Positions 48,328-56,443 of a stretch of DNA of 64,000 bases are shown here, piece by piece. The translations under genes were made by a program, and so were the position numbers. The notes under the pieces were generated by a model, which ran no database searches, had not been told where the DNA came from, and saw nothing but the letters and a program-made list of their open reading frames with translations. This stretch comes from an uncultured delta proteobacterium (GTDB taxonomy: Bacteria > Desulfobacterota > BSN033 > UBA1163). The stretch is from NCBI GenBank assembly GCA_963708295.1, contig CAVPSJ010000017.1, forward strand, positions 352,001-416,000, in the 5' to 3' direction. Position 1 is the first letter of the stretch. Each line of letters begins with the position of its first letter.

Positions 48328-48432
48328 AGAATCTTTACCAGATTCTTTGCGGAAAAGGGATATATTACCAAAGAGGAGTTTTGGGAGATGGTGAGGGTTG
48401 TTAATAAGGAAATGAAGAAGGAAAAATTGTGA
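48328..48432 (+). repeat. Coding-like repeat unit, copy 2 (..TRFFAEKGYITKEEFWEM..)
   Basis: Translates RIFTRFFAEKGYITKEEFWEMVRVVNKEMKKEKL*; its TGA overlaps the GTG of the next gene. Confidence 0.65.
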
Positions 48433-48722
48433 GAAATATCCTAATTGGAATAATAATTTTTGTAATAATATACATTTTCTTGTTTTTCCGTAAGGTGAGA
48501 AAGGAGAAGGGACCCGGAACAATAAACCGATGCGTTGAAATACTCGGGCTTAAACCAGGTGCCTCACAGGAAGAAGTAAACCAGGCTTATAGAGATTTGG
48601 TCAACGTCTGGCATCCTGACCGATTTGTTGCTAATCCACGCCTTCAGAAAAAAGCGGAAGAAAAAATAAAGGAGATTAATGCAGCATACGAATATATTAA
48701 CTCCTTTTACCGCAAAACATAA
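48429..48722 (+). CDS. Membrane-anchored J-domain protein
   Basis: N-terminal TM; ILGL...AS.EEV..AYR.L...WHPDRF...AEEK.KEINAAY. Confidence 0.9.
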   Translation: MRNILIGIIIFVIIYIFLFFRKVRKEKGPGTINRCVEILGLKPGASQEEVNQAYRDLVNVWHPDRFVANPRLQKKAEEKIKEINAAYEYINSFYRKT

Positions 48723-49357
48723 AGTCGGTATAAAGGGAACCCGTTAAGAGGGATGTCGTTGCTAAAAACATCAGATTTCTGAAAGACTTTTTTTGGACTT
48801 CCAGAAAATAGCTAAACGTGAAGAAGAACCATGCGCCAAAGGAGTCGCAGAAAACCTAACCCAGTGTTCCAATCGATAATCTTCAATCATATGCCCTATC
48901 TTGAATTGCAGAGGTGCAATGTTGAGTGAACACGGTGGGTTTTGATCCTATCCTCTTCCGATAATCCCTCATGGCCCTCTCTTCAATTCTTCTTCTGGGG
49001 CAGGTGCTTATGAGTAGGTTTTCCAATCCTGCCTTTCACCTTTTTATTAGACCGATGGGTTGTCTCTGATATTTGGGATTCCTCTTATTTTCCGAGAAGG
49101 CTTTGCTAATTTCGGGATGAAGTCTTCAGGAAACATTTTGCAGGAAGTTCGTCTGCATGGGTGGAAGAGGAAACGATCCAATGATTTTCAAAAGAAATCT
49201 TCACTCTTTGGAGTATCCCATGTAAATCCGTGGTGGGGCTGCCTGCCCATTTCTTAGGCAATGAGGGGGTCTACGATGCGATGTTACTTCCTGAAATGTC
49301 GCTTCACAAATTTTCGGAAATGATGTATATTACGACCGGTAATAGGGTATAAAAAAC

Positions 49358-49951
49358 ATGGGGATTGACTGGAATACACTGCTTTTGTCAGGAATTGGTG
49401 CACTAATAGGAAGTGCATTGACTTTACTTGCCACTTATCTATCACATCACTGGCAGGTGTCAAAGCAGAAGGAAAGAGACGAGCAGTTGCTTAAAGGCAT
49501 TCTCCAGGCCATGCATGATGAAGTAGTAACACTTTGGGATGCATATATGGATGGGATTGGACACCAGATTGAGGCTCTACCTGATGGGAAACCCTTAAAT
49601 ATGTACTGGCCTGTCACCCAAGAATACTTTACCGTCTATAACACTAATGCATCCTTTATCGGCAGGATTCAGAACCATGACTTGCGAAGACTCATTGTTT
49701 CAACGTACACGAACGCGCGTGGACTCATAGACTCTTATAGATTGAATAACGACCTTGTGCAGAAACATGAGCACGCTGTCTTGATATTTCAGGAGACAAA
49801 CAATCCGACGCACAAGGCCAACGCAGTTGCATATTATGGTTCAATGGTTGAATATGCAGGCAAACTCAAGAAACGACATCGAGCGATAAAGCACCAAATG
49901 CAGCAACTCTTGCGAGCATTACGAAAAGAGGGTGTACTTAGTAAACCTTGA
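49358..49951 (+). CDS. Hypothetical protein, probable integron gene cassette
   Basis: N-terminal TM then a helical domain; the stop codon lies inside the R'' box of the attC-like site. Confidence 0.8.
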   Translation: MGIDWNTLLLSGIGALIGSALTLLATYLSHHWQVSKQKERDEQLLKGILQAMHDEVVTLWDAYMDGIGHQIEALPDGKPLNMYWPVTQEYFTVYNTNASFIGRIQNHDLRRLIVSTYTNARGLIDSYRLNNDLVQKHEHAVLIFQETNNPTHKANAVAYYGSMVEYAGKLKKRHRAIKHQMQQLLRALRKEGVLSKP

Positions 49952-50003
49952 CAATAAACTCCGGCGGACGTCCTACAGCCGCCGCTGACCTCAATCGTTA
50001 TAC
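49946..50003 (+). other. Integron attC-like site (short, degenerate R'')
   Basis: CCTTGAC-AATAAA-CTCCGGCGGACG...CGCCGCTGACCTC-AATC-GTTATAC; 58 bp. Confidence 0.7.
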
Positions 50004-50249
50004 TCTCTTCCTAATGGAAATCATCAACCCTTGCTGTAAGCCGATGCTAATCCTTTGTAGGTGCTATTTTCAATTCCTTCAGCGATTTAACTTTTATACC
50101 CCGCAATTAATCTTAAATTGTCTTAAAAAGTTCAAATCGAATCTCCCCCAATTTTGGATTCTAAAATGTGATTGTGGTTTTCCCTCCTGTTTGATATACA
50201 GTTTAAATCACGTACTATAAGGCGCGTAATCCGAGGAAGGGGGAGGCTC

Positions 50250-50666
50250 ATGAAAACCTATCGGAAAGAGTTGTGGTTTGAGGTGCCAACCCGGAGAGCT
50301 TTCGTCAACATCACCCCGAAGGTTGAAGAATGCTTGAGAGAAAGTGATATCAGAGAAGGACTGGCTCTTGTCAACGCCATGCATATTACTGCCTCTGTCT
50401 TCATCAATGATGACGAATCCGGACTTCACCATGATTTCGAGGTCTGGCTCGAGAAGCTTGCTCCCCATGAGCCCGTTAAGCAATATCGTCACAATGTGGG
50501 GGAAGATAATGCCGATGCCCATTTAAAGCGCCAGATCATGGGGAGGGAAGTGGTCGTGGCGGTCACGGAGGGGAAGCTCGATTTCGGCCCATGGGAGCAG
50601 ATTTTTTACGGTGAGTTTGACGGCAGACGAAGAAAGAAGGTTCTTGTCAAGATCATCGGGGAGTAA
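50250..50666 (+). CDS. yjbQ: YjbQ/UPF0047 family protein
   Basis: [35 protein letters not shown]. Confidence 0.92.
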   Translation: MKTYRKELWFEVPTRRAFVNITPKVEECLRESDIREGLALVNAMHITASVFINDDESGLHHDFEVWLEKLAPHEPVKQYRHNVGEDNADAHLKRQIMGREVVVAVTEGKLDFGPWEQIFYGEFDGRRRKKVLVKIIGE

Positions 50667-50721
50667 ATTGTAAAAATCAAGTTCACCGCAGAGTCGCGGA
50701 ATCGCCGAGAAAGATTTTTCT

Positions 50722-50755
50722 TCTGATCCAATCAGGAGACCGCGATTGGATCAGA
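50722..50755. terminator. Strong hairpin between convergent genes
   Basis: TCTGATCCAATC-aggagaccgc-GATTGGATCAGA. Confidence 0.5.
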
Positions 50756-50807
50756 AACAATTCCCCTTCAAGCCATAAAGCCTGAATTTGTTACGATTGC
50801 TACACGA

Positions 50808-52718
50808 TCATTCTTTGCTTCCCGAAGCTGGAGCCAAACCTTTATTCCGCTTGTGCGCAGAATATTCTCTGAAAAGCAAAATCACGGCAATGCAGGCCCC
50901 GGCAATGTTGAAATAACGGCCTTCGGCAAAGGAACCAATCGGGATCATCAGGGCCAACCCGGCAACGCCGCAGATCAAGCGGTAGGACATCCCAACGATC
51001 CGGGTCGTGTATCCTATGACTGCCGCCGACACGAACCAGATTCCTCCCATCGCTGTCACCACGTCAATGATAATGTGGAAGAGGCTCCCCCGCAGGAGAA
51101 GGGTCCCTGAGAAGACGAAGAGGAAGGGGATCACGAAGGCCATCCAGCCAAACCGCATCGCCGCATAGCCGGTGCGCATCGGGTCAGCCCCGCCCAGGGC
51201 AGCCGCCGCAAATGCGGCAACCGCCACAGGCGGCGTGATCGCCGACAGTATCCCGTAAAAGAGAAGAAAGAGATGGGCGGCCATGGGGTCGATCTTCATC
51301 TGGATCAGTGCTGGCGCCACCAGCGTGGCGACAAGGATATAGACGGCGCCGGTGGGCATCCCCATTCCGAGTATGATGCACACGGCAGCGGCAAGCACGA
51401 GCAGAAGAATGAGACTACCGCCAGCAGCATGAATCAGGGAAATCGTCAAACCGAACCCGAGACCGGAGATGTTGAGAACGCCGATGACAATTCCGGCGGC
51501 CGCACCGATCATATAGATCTGGAGGACGCTGGCTCCGGTGGCCCTCAGGACCTCGATGATCCCTTTCAGAGGAAGCCGCATTCCCTTATACCCGAAGACC
51601 AGTGAAAGAACGACGACGATCAACGCAGCATAAAGGGCGCATGCCTCGACGGCGTAATTCAACCAGAAGATGCCCACGATGAGGATGATGAAGGGCGCCG
51701 CAAAAAACCAGCCATTCTTCAGGACCGGCATGGTGGCTGGAATCTTTTCCTTGGGAACGCGCGAGAGTCCTAAACGGCCGGCTTCGAGGTCGGCCTCGAT
51801 GTACAACGCGCCATAATAGAGCAAGGAAGGAACAATCGCCGCGATGCAAACGTCGCCATAGGGGATTTGCAGGAACTCGGCCATCAAAAAAGCAGCAACA
51901 CCCATGACCGGCGGCATCAGCTGACCTCCGGTGGATGCGACCGCTTCGATCGCCGCGGCGACATGGGGCCGGTAGCCTGACTGTTTCATCAAGGGGATCG
52001 TAACGATGCCGTCTGCGACGACGTTTGCAACGGCGCTTCCGGAGATGGTACCGAAAAGGGCCGAAGAGACGACGGAAATCTTAGCAGGACCCCCCCGGTA
52101 CTTTCCCATTGCAACCATGGCGAAATCCGTGAAAAAGGATGCCCCACCCGTCAAGGAGAGCGCCTCACCGAACATCATGAAGGAGACGACGATGGTCGCG
52201 ATGATCTTCAGCGGCATCCCCAGGATGGCTGTTGAATCCCAGGTGAGGTAATAGAGTAATCGATCGAGATTCACCTGGCGACCCGTCATCGTGCCAGGCA
52301 AAAGGTGACTGACCAGAGCCAGGATGATAAAGCCGAAGGCAACGAGGGTGATTCCCATTCCGGAGGTTCTTCTCAAACCTTCGAGGAGAAGGAGTATCAC
52401 AACGAAAGCCACGACGACTCCGCTGATCGGAAAGCCGGTAGAGAATTCAGAGAACCTCGGGTAATTGATTGCAATATAGATCCAGGCGGTGAAGGCTATC
52501 ACGGCAGCAACGATATCATACCAGGGAATGGGTCCTGTGCGCTGCCGACCTTTGCCAGCCGGGACAGCCAGATAAACGAGCGTTGCTGCGAGGCCGAACA
52601 CGGCTGCAAAGAACTGCTCGGGATAGAAAACGAAACCGGCCTTGCGGAAGAGATCGGCTGATTCGATGATGGTACCGCATGGCAGGATGACCAAAAGGAC
52701 TTTAACCAAGGTACGCAC
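50808..52718 (-). CDS. TRAP transporter 4TM/12TM fused permease (TAXI type)
   Basis: RGGPAK..V..S..FG.ISGS..ANV, EA.ASTGGQ.MPPVMG, LGMGMPT, S.ITPPVA.A. Confidence 0.93.
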   Translation of the reverse strand: MRTLVKVLLVILPCGTIIESADLFRKAGFVFYPEQFFAAVFGLAATLVYLAVPAGKGRQRTGPIPWYDIVAAVIAFTAWIYIAINYPRFSEFSTGFPISGVVVAFVVILLLLEGLRRTSGMGITLVAFGFIILALVSHLLPGTMTGRQVNLDRLLYYLTWDSTAILGMPLKIIATIVVSFMMFGEALSLTGGASFFTDFAMVAMGKYRGGPAKISVVSSALFGTISGSAVANVVADGIVTIPLMKQSGYRPHVAAAIEAVASTGGQLMPPVMGVAAFLMAEFLQIPYGDVCIAAIVPSLLYYGALYIEADLEAGRLGLSRVPKEKIPATMPVLKNGWFFAAPFIILIVGIFWLNYAVEACALYAALIVVVLSLVFGYKGMRLPLKGIIEVLRATGASVLQIYMIGAAAGIVIGVLNISGLGFGLTISLIHAAGGSLILLLVLAAAVCIILGMGMPTGAVYILVATLVAPALIQMKIDPMAAHLFLLFYGILSAITPPVAVAAFAAAALGGADPMRTGYAAMRFGWMAFVIPFLFVFSGTLLLRGSLFHIIIDVVTAMGGIWFVSAAVIGYTTRIVGMSYRLICGVAGLALMIPIGSFAEGRYFNIAGACIAVILLFREYSAHKRNKGLAPASGSKE

Positions 52719-52776
52719 AATCTTCTCCCTTCACGTCTAAGCCGGCGAAGCCGGGGAACCAAACGGGTTTTAGTGG

Positions 52777-53060
52777 TTCGAAAAATTCGAAATTCGAATA
52801 TCGGGATTCGAATATCGGGCGAAGCGTCCGTCTCGGACCAATCCGAAACAAAATCGAATTGTGAAGCTCCTCGCCCACAGGGCGGGGCTTCCCGGTAAAG
52901 AAGTTTCGTTCATATTGTGCCCCTTAACCCCGCCTCCAAGGCGGGGCTTGCGGGGCACATTCCGGCCAAAATTCAAAATGCCTAAACTCTCTCGTTTGGA
53001 ACATTTGAAATTCGGTCATTTGAGATTGTTTCGAGTTTCGGATTTCGTGCTTCGAATTTA
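52777..53060. mobile_element. Inverted heptamer-array element with a nested REP/IS605-end-like insert
   Basis: ttcgaaa ttcgaat atcggga ttcgaat ... ttcgagt ttcggat ttcgtgc ttcgaattt, flanking GTGAAGCTCCTCGCCCACAGGGCGGGGCTT...CCCCGCCTCCAAGGCGGGGCTTGCGGGGCACATT. Confidence 0.75.
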
Positions 53061-53120
53061 AAGACGCTTGAGCGTGAATAACTTTGTTGCCATTTTGCGC
53101 ACAATCTTATTCGTAAGGGA

Positions 53121-54086
53121 CTACTGCTTCGGCGGCCAGAGGCCGATCTCCTTATAGAACTTGATGGCGCCCGGGTGAAACTCGACCTTAGGGACCGGCA
53201 TGGACATGCGTTGTACTGAAAAGGAGCGGAATCCTGCGAAGGAAGTGACCAGGTCCTCTTTGTTTTGGTAGATCGCCTTGACCACCTTGTAAACGAGGTC
53301 GTCAGAAACCTTCGCGTGTGTGTAAAAAACAGAGTCCTGAGTAGCCACTTTGGTCGGGCCGGTAATCCCTTCCATGGTTGGCCCGGGCTTCACCTCGGAC
53401 ACATACATGGGAGGACTGATCTTTTGCATCCTCGCAACAGCCTCGGGCGAGTCGTCAATGGGGAGCACCCTCAACCCACCCACTTTTGTGCTCACTTCCA
53501 TCACGGCTGCCGAGCCCAACGCGAAGAAAAGGGCATCCGTCTTCCCGTTCCCGAAATCCTCTGCGCCACGGGCCGCATTGGGAACGGGGACCTGCTTAAC
53601 GTCGTCATAGGTCAGCCCGGCATTCGCAAGGTGGGCCTCGATGCTCCGGTGGATGGCTTTCTGAGCATGGTATCCGCTCGGTACCCGCTTGCCTTTAAGA
53701 TCCTTGATAGACCGGATATTGGAATCTTTGCGAACGTGCAAGGCCACCCACATCGGCATGAGCGTGGCCCCCATGCGCACGTTTGGCTTCGGCCCCTGTT
53801 CCTGGTACTCCTCTACCCCCATCACTGCCAGCGACAGATCTGAGGAGTTGGCCAGGCTGAATTCCGCAAGTCCTCCATCAATGGCCCCAAATGACCTGAC
53901 GCCCCCTGGTTGAACGGTGGCCTTCAACCCGAGCTTCTCGACCATGACCTTAGCGATGGCCGAACCCGCGGAGTGGGTGAATGATCCCGGCGGCGTGGTC
54001 ATGATGCCGATGGTCTGTGCGTTGACAGTCCCGGCTACTGTCAGGGCCAGCATGAATGAAGCTAAGAAGCTGATACGTTTCATCAT
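53121..54086 (-). CDS. TAXI-family TRAP solute-binding protein
   Basis: Signal peptide, I.SI.DLKGKRV, LVY.V.KA, FHPGA.KFY.E.G; SD AAGGAGG. Confidence 0.92.
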   Translation of the reverse strand: MMKRISFLASFMLALTVAGTVNAQTIGIMTTPPGSFTHSAGSAIAKVMVEKLGLKATVQPGGVRSFGAIDGGLAEFSLANSSDLSLAVMGVEEYQEQGPKPNVRMGATLMPMWVALHVRKDSNIRSIKDLKGKRVPSGYHAQKAIHRSIEAHLANAGLTYDDVKQVPVPNAARGAEDFGNGKTDALFFALGSAAVMEVSTKVGGLRVLPIDDSPEAVARMQKISPPMYVSEVKPGPTMEGITGPTKVATQDSVFYTHAKVSDDLVYKVVKAIYQNKEDLVTSFAGFRSFSVQRMSMPVPKVEFHPGAIKFYKEIGLWPPKQ

Positions 54087-54543
54087 CGTTTCCTCCTTTT
54101 CTTGCCCAAAAGTTTTCGGCACTTATGCCGACGCGGACACGGACACCCATGGGCTGTTACGTTCGTGCCCGCCCTGAACGTAATACCATAAGATTCTGAA
54201 TGAATCGGCTTTGCGTGGCACATCGATCATGCCTGGTCGAATGACGACAACTCGGCTTTGTTCGGAGTGAGGATAATATAAGGATCGGAGGAGGTCAAGG
54301 GAAAAACGAAGAACTGGGTCATTCGATCAGAATCTCAAGGGCAGTCAAAAGTCTAAGTAACTCTGGTTTGAAGTGCCAGTACAACGAGCCCGTATCAATA
54401 TTACGACACCCAAAGTCGAAGATCGCTAGGTGGAGGTTCCAAAACATCAGGCATGGATTTTGCTTGTTTTTGCTCGTGAATAGCAGGAAGAAAGACGGGG
54501 CCACCGGAAGAGCGAGAAGTTTTCAAGGGTCGCTGCGTAAGAG

Positions 54544-54581
54544 TGTTATCGTTAACACAAAGGTTTATGTTAACGGTAACA
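54544..54581. promoter_or_regulatory. Tandem palindromic operators TGTTA-N4-TAACA
   Basis: TGTTATCGTTAACA (54544-54557) and TGTTAACGGTAACA (54568-54581). Confidence 0.65.
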
Positions 54582-54676
54582 CCATTTATCCACCTGGCGG
54601 AAATTTATTATTCAATTAATTGAAATCATTGATGAATAAAATAATAATTCATTTTGTTAAAAAATTCACTTTTTTG

Positions 54677-54705
54677 TTGAAATTTTAATTTCAAGAGTCT
54701 ATAAT
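54677..54705 (+). promoter_or_regulatory. sigma70 promoter of the OFA transporter
   Basis: TTGAAA-N17-TATAAT. Confidence 0.7.
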
Positions 54706-54744
54706 TATGAGCCATATCAGAACTGAGGACGGAAGGAGAAAAAG

Positions 54745-56019
54745 ATGAGTAAAAAAGGCTGGCTTGTCACTTTTTCAGGGATGGGTTTGAATCTGGCTTT
54801 AGGGACCCTCTATGCATGGAGCGTTTTCGGTAAACAGTTTACCGAGGCCATTGACAAGGGAGGATTTGGCTGGAGCAAGACAGCAGCAGCAACGCCTTAC
54901 TCAATTGCAATCGGAGTCTTTGCCCTCATGATGATCCCTGCCGGCCGTCTTCAGGATAAGCTCGGGCCGGGAATCATCGCAACGATCGGAGCAATCCTGA
55001 TGGCGGTTGGCATGATTGTCACCAGTTTTTCCACCCCCGGCAACGCCCTTCCGGCCATCATCGGATTCGGTATTTTGGCCGGCACAGGGATCGGGTTCGG
55101 GTATGCCTCGGCAACCCCAGCGGCCGTGAAATGGTTCCCCCCAGCGAAAAAGGGTTTGATCGCGGGGATCGTCGTCGCTGGCTTTGGACTCGCTTCTGTT
55201 TATGTCGCCCCGGTCAGCCAGTACCTCCTTGGCAGCTATGGTCTAAGCAAATCCTTTCTCATCCTTGGGATTGCGTTCGGGATCGTCACGTTGATCATCA
55301 CCCGATTCATCAAGAACCCCCCTTCGCCTGTCGCTGCCAAACCCAATCCGGCCCAGGCGAATGCAGCTCCTGCCAGCCAGAACGATTACACATGGAAAGA
55401 AATGATGAAAACTCCCACCTTCTACCTCCTTTGGCTCGAATTTACCTGCGGAGCCCTGGCCGGACTGATGATCATCGGCCATCTTGCCAAGATTGTCTCA
55501 GTCCAGTCGAACAATACCATCAAGTTGGGTTTTATATTTGTTGCCCTCCTCGCAGTCTTTAATGCAGGGGGTCGGGTCCTTGCGGGGGCGCTTTCCGACA
55601 AAATTGGTCGAATCAGGACGATCTTCATCGTCAGTGTTGGTCAGGCCATCGTCATGTTCCTCTTCTCAGGGGCTTCAACGATCACAGGATTCGTCGTTGG
55701 CTCCGCCATTATCGGGATTTGCTATGGGTCCTGCCTCTCCCTTTTCCCATCGGCCTGCGGGGACTACTGGGGGATGAAGAATCTTGGAATGAATTACGGG
55801 ATTCTCTTTACGGCCTACGGCATCGGTGGAATCTTCGGGCCCATTCTGGCGGGAAGGATTGCAGATAGCTCAGGCAATTACAGCATGGCTTATACCATTG
55901 CGGCAAGCCTGATGATTTTGGCTGCGGTTCTGACCTTCTTTACGAAGGCTCCTGCAAAAAAAACAGTGCCCGTCGCAGCCGGAGCCAAACTTGCTCCTAC
56001 ACTTCAGGCCGCCGATTAG
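54745..56019 (+). CDS. OFA-family MFS transporter (oxalate/formate antiporter-like)
   Basis: G.LYAWSVF, AGRLQDK.GP, KWFP..KKGL..G...AGFG, N..GR..AG..SDKIGR, G.KN.G.NYG. Confidence 0.9.
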   Translation: MSKKGWLVTFSGMGLNLALGTLYAWSVFGKQFTEAIDKGGFGWSKTAAATPYSIAIGVFALMMIPAGRLQDKLGPGIIATIGAILMAVGMIVTSFSTPGNALPAIIGFGILAGTGIGFGYASATPAAVKWFPPAKKGLIAGIVVAGFGLASVYVAPVSQYLLGSYGLSKSFLILGIAFGIVTLIITRFIKNPPSPVAAKPNPAQANAAPASQNDYTWKEMMKTPTFYLLWLEFTCGALAGLMIIGHLAKIVSVQSNNTIKLGFIFVALLAVFNAGGRVLAGALSDKIGRIRTIFIVSVGQAIVMFLFSGASTITGFVVGSAIIGICYGSCLSLFPSACGDYWGMKNLGMNYGILFTAYGIGGIFGPILAGRIADSSGNYSMAYTIAASLMILAAVLTFFTKAPAKKTVPVAAGAKLAPTLQAAD

Positions 56020-56058
56020 TCGTCATAAGAGAGCGGTATCCTACATGATTTCAAATAG

Positions 56059-56086
56059 AAAAGCCCCATTTCGGGGCTTTTTTATT
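56059..56086 (+). terminator. Intrinsic terminator
   Basis: AAAAGCCCC-ATTTC-GGGGCTTTTTT. Confidence 0.8.
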
Positions 56087-56188
56087 TGGTTTTCGAAGGC
56101 GTTGATTCCTTGACCAGAGTCATTTAGAATGAATTCACGACAGAGAAAGACTTTAAGATTTAACAAACCGCTGAAAAACTATTTTTAT

Positions 56189-56421
56189 CGGGCTGCTCAA
56201 AAATGCTCAGATGCAAGGCGCCCGAGATCTTTGTAGGGAACGGTTTCAAACCGTTCCCTACGGCGTGCGCTGCAACAAGCCTGCCCCGTGCTTGACACGG
56301 GGAAGGATGAGGGGTGGCGTCGCGACGAATAAGGAGCGACTTATTGCCACGCTGCCGAGGTGGTGAGGCGGCCGGATAATCCCGCGAACCGCGGGACAGA
56401 TGAGTGTTTTTCAGGAGCCCG
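56189..56421. mobile_element. Modular MITE, family B, copy 2 (opposite orientation to copy 1)
   Basis: TIRs CGGGCTGCTCAAAAA...TTTTTCAGGAGCCCG; internal segments homologous to 31059-31399. Confidence 0.8.
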
Positions 56422-56443
56422 ATAAGGTCCTCGTGGAAGGAGA

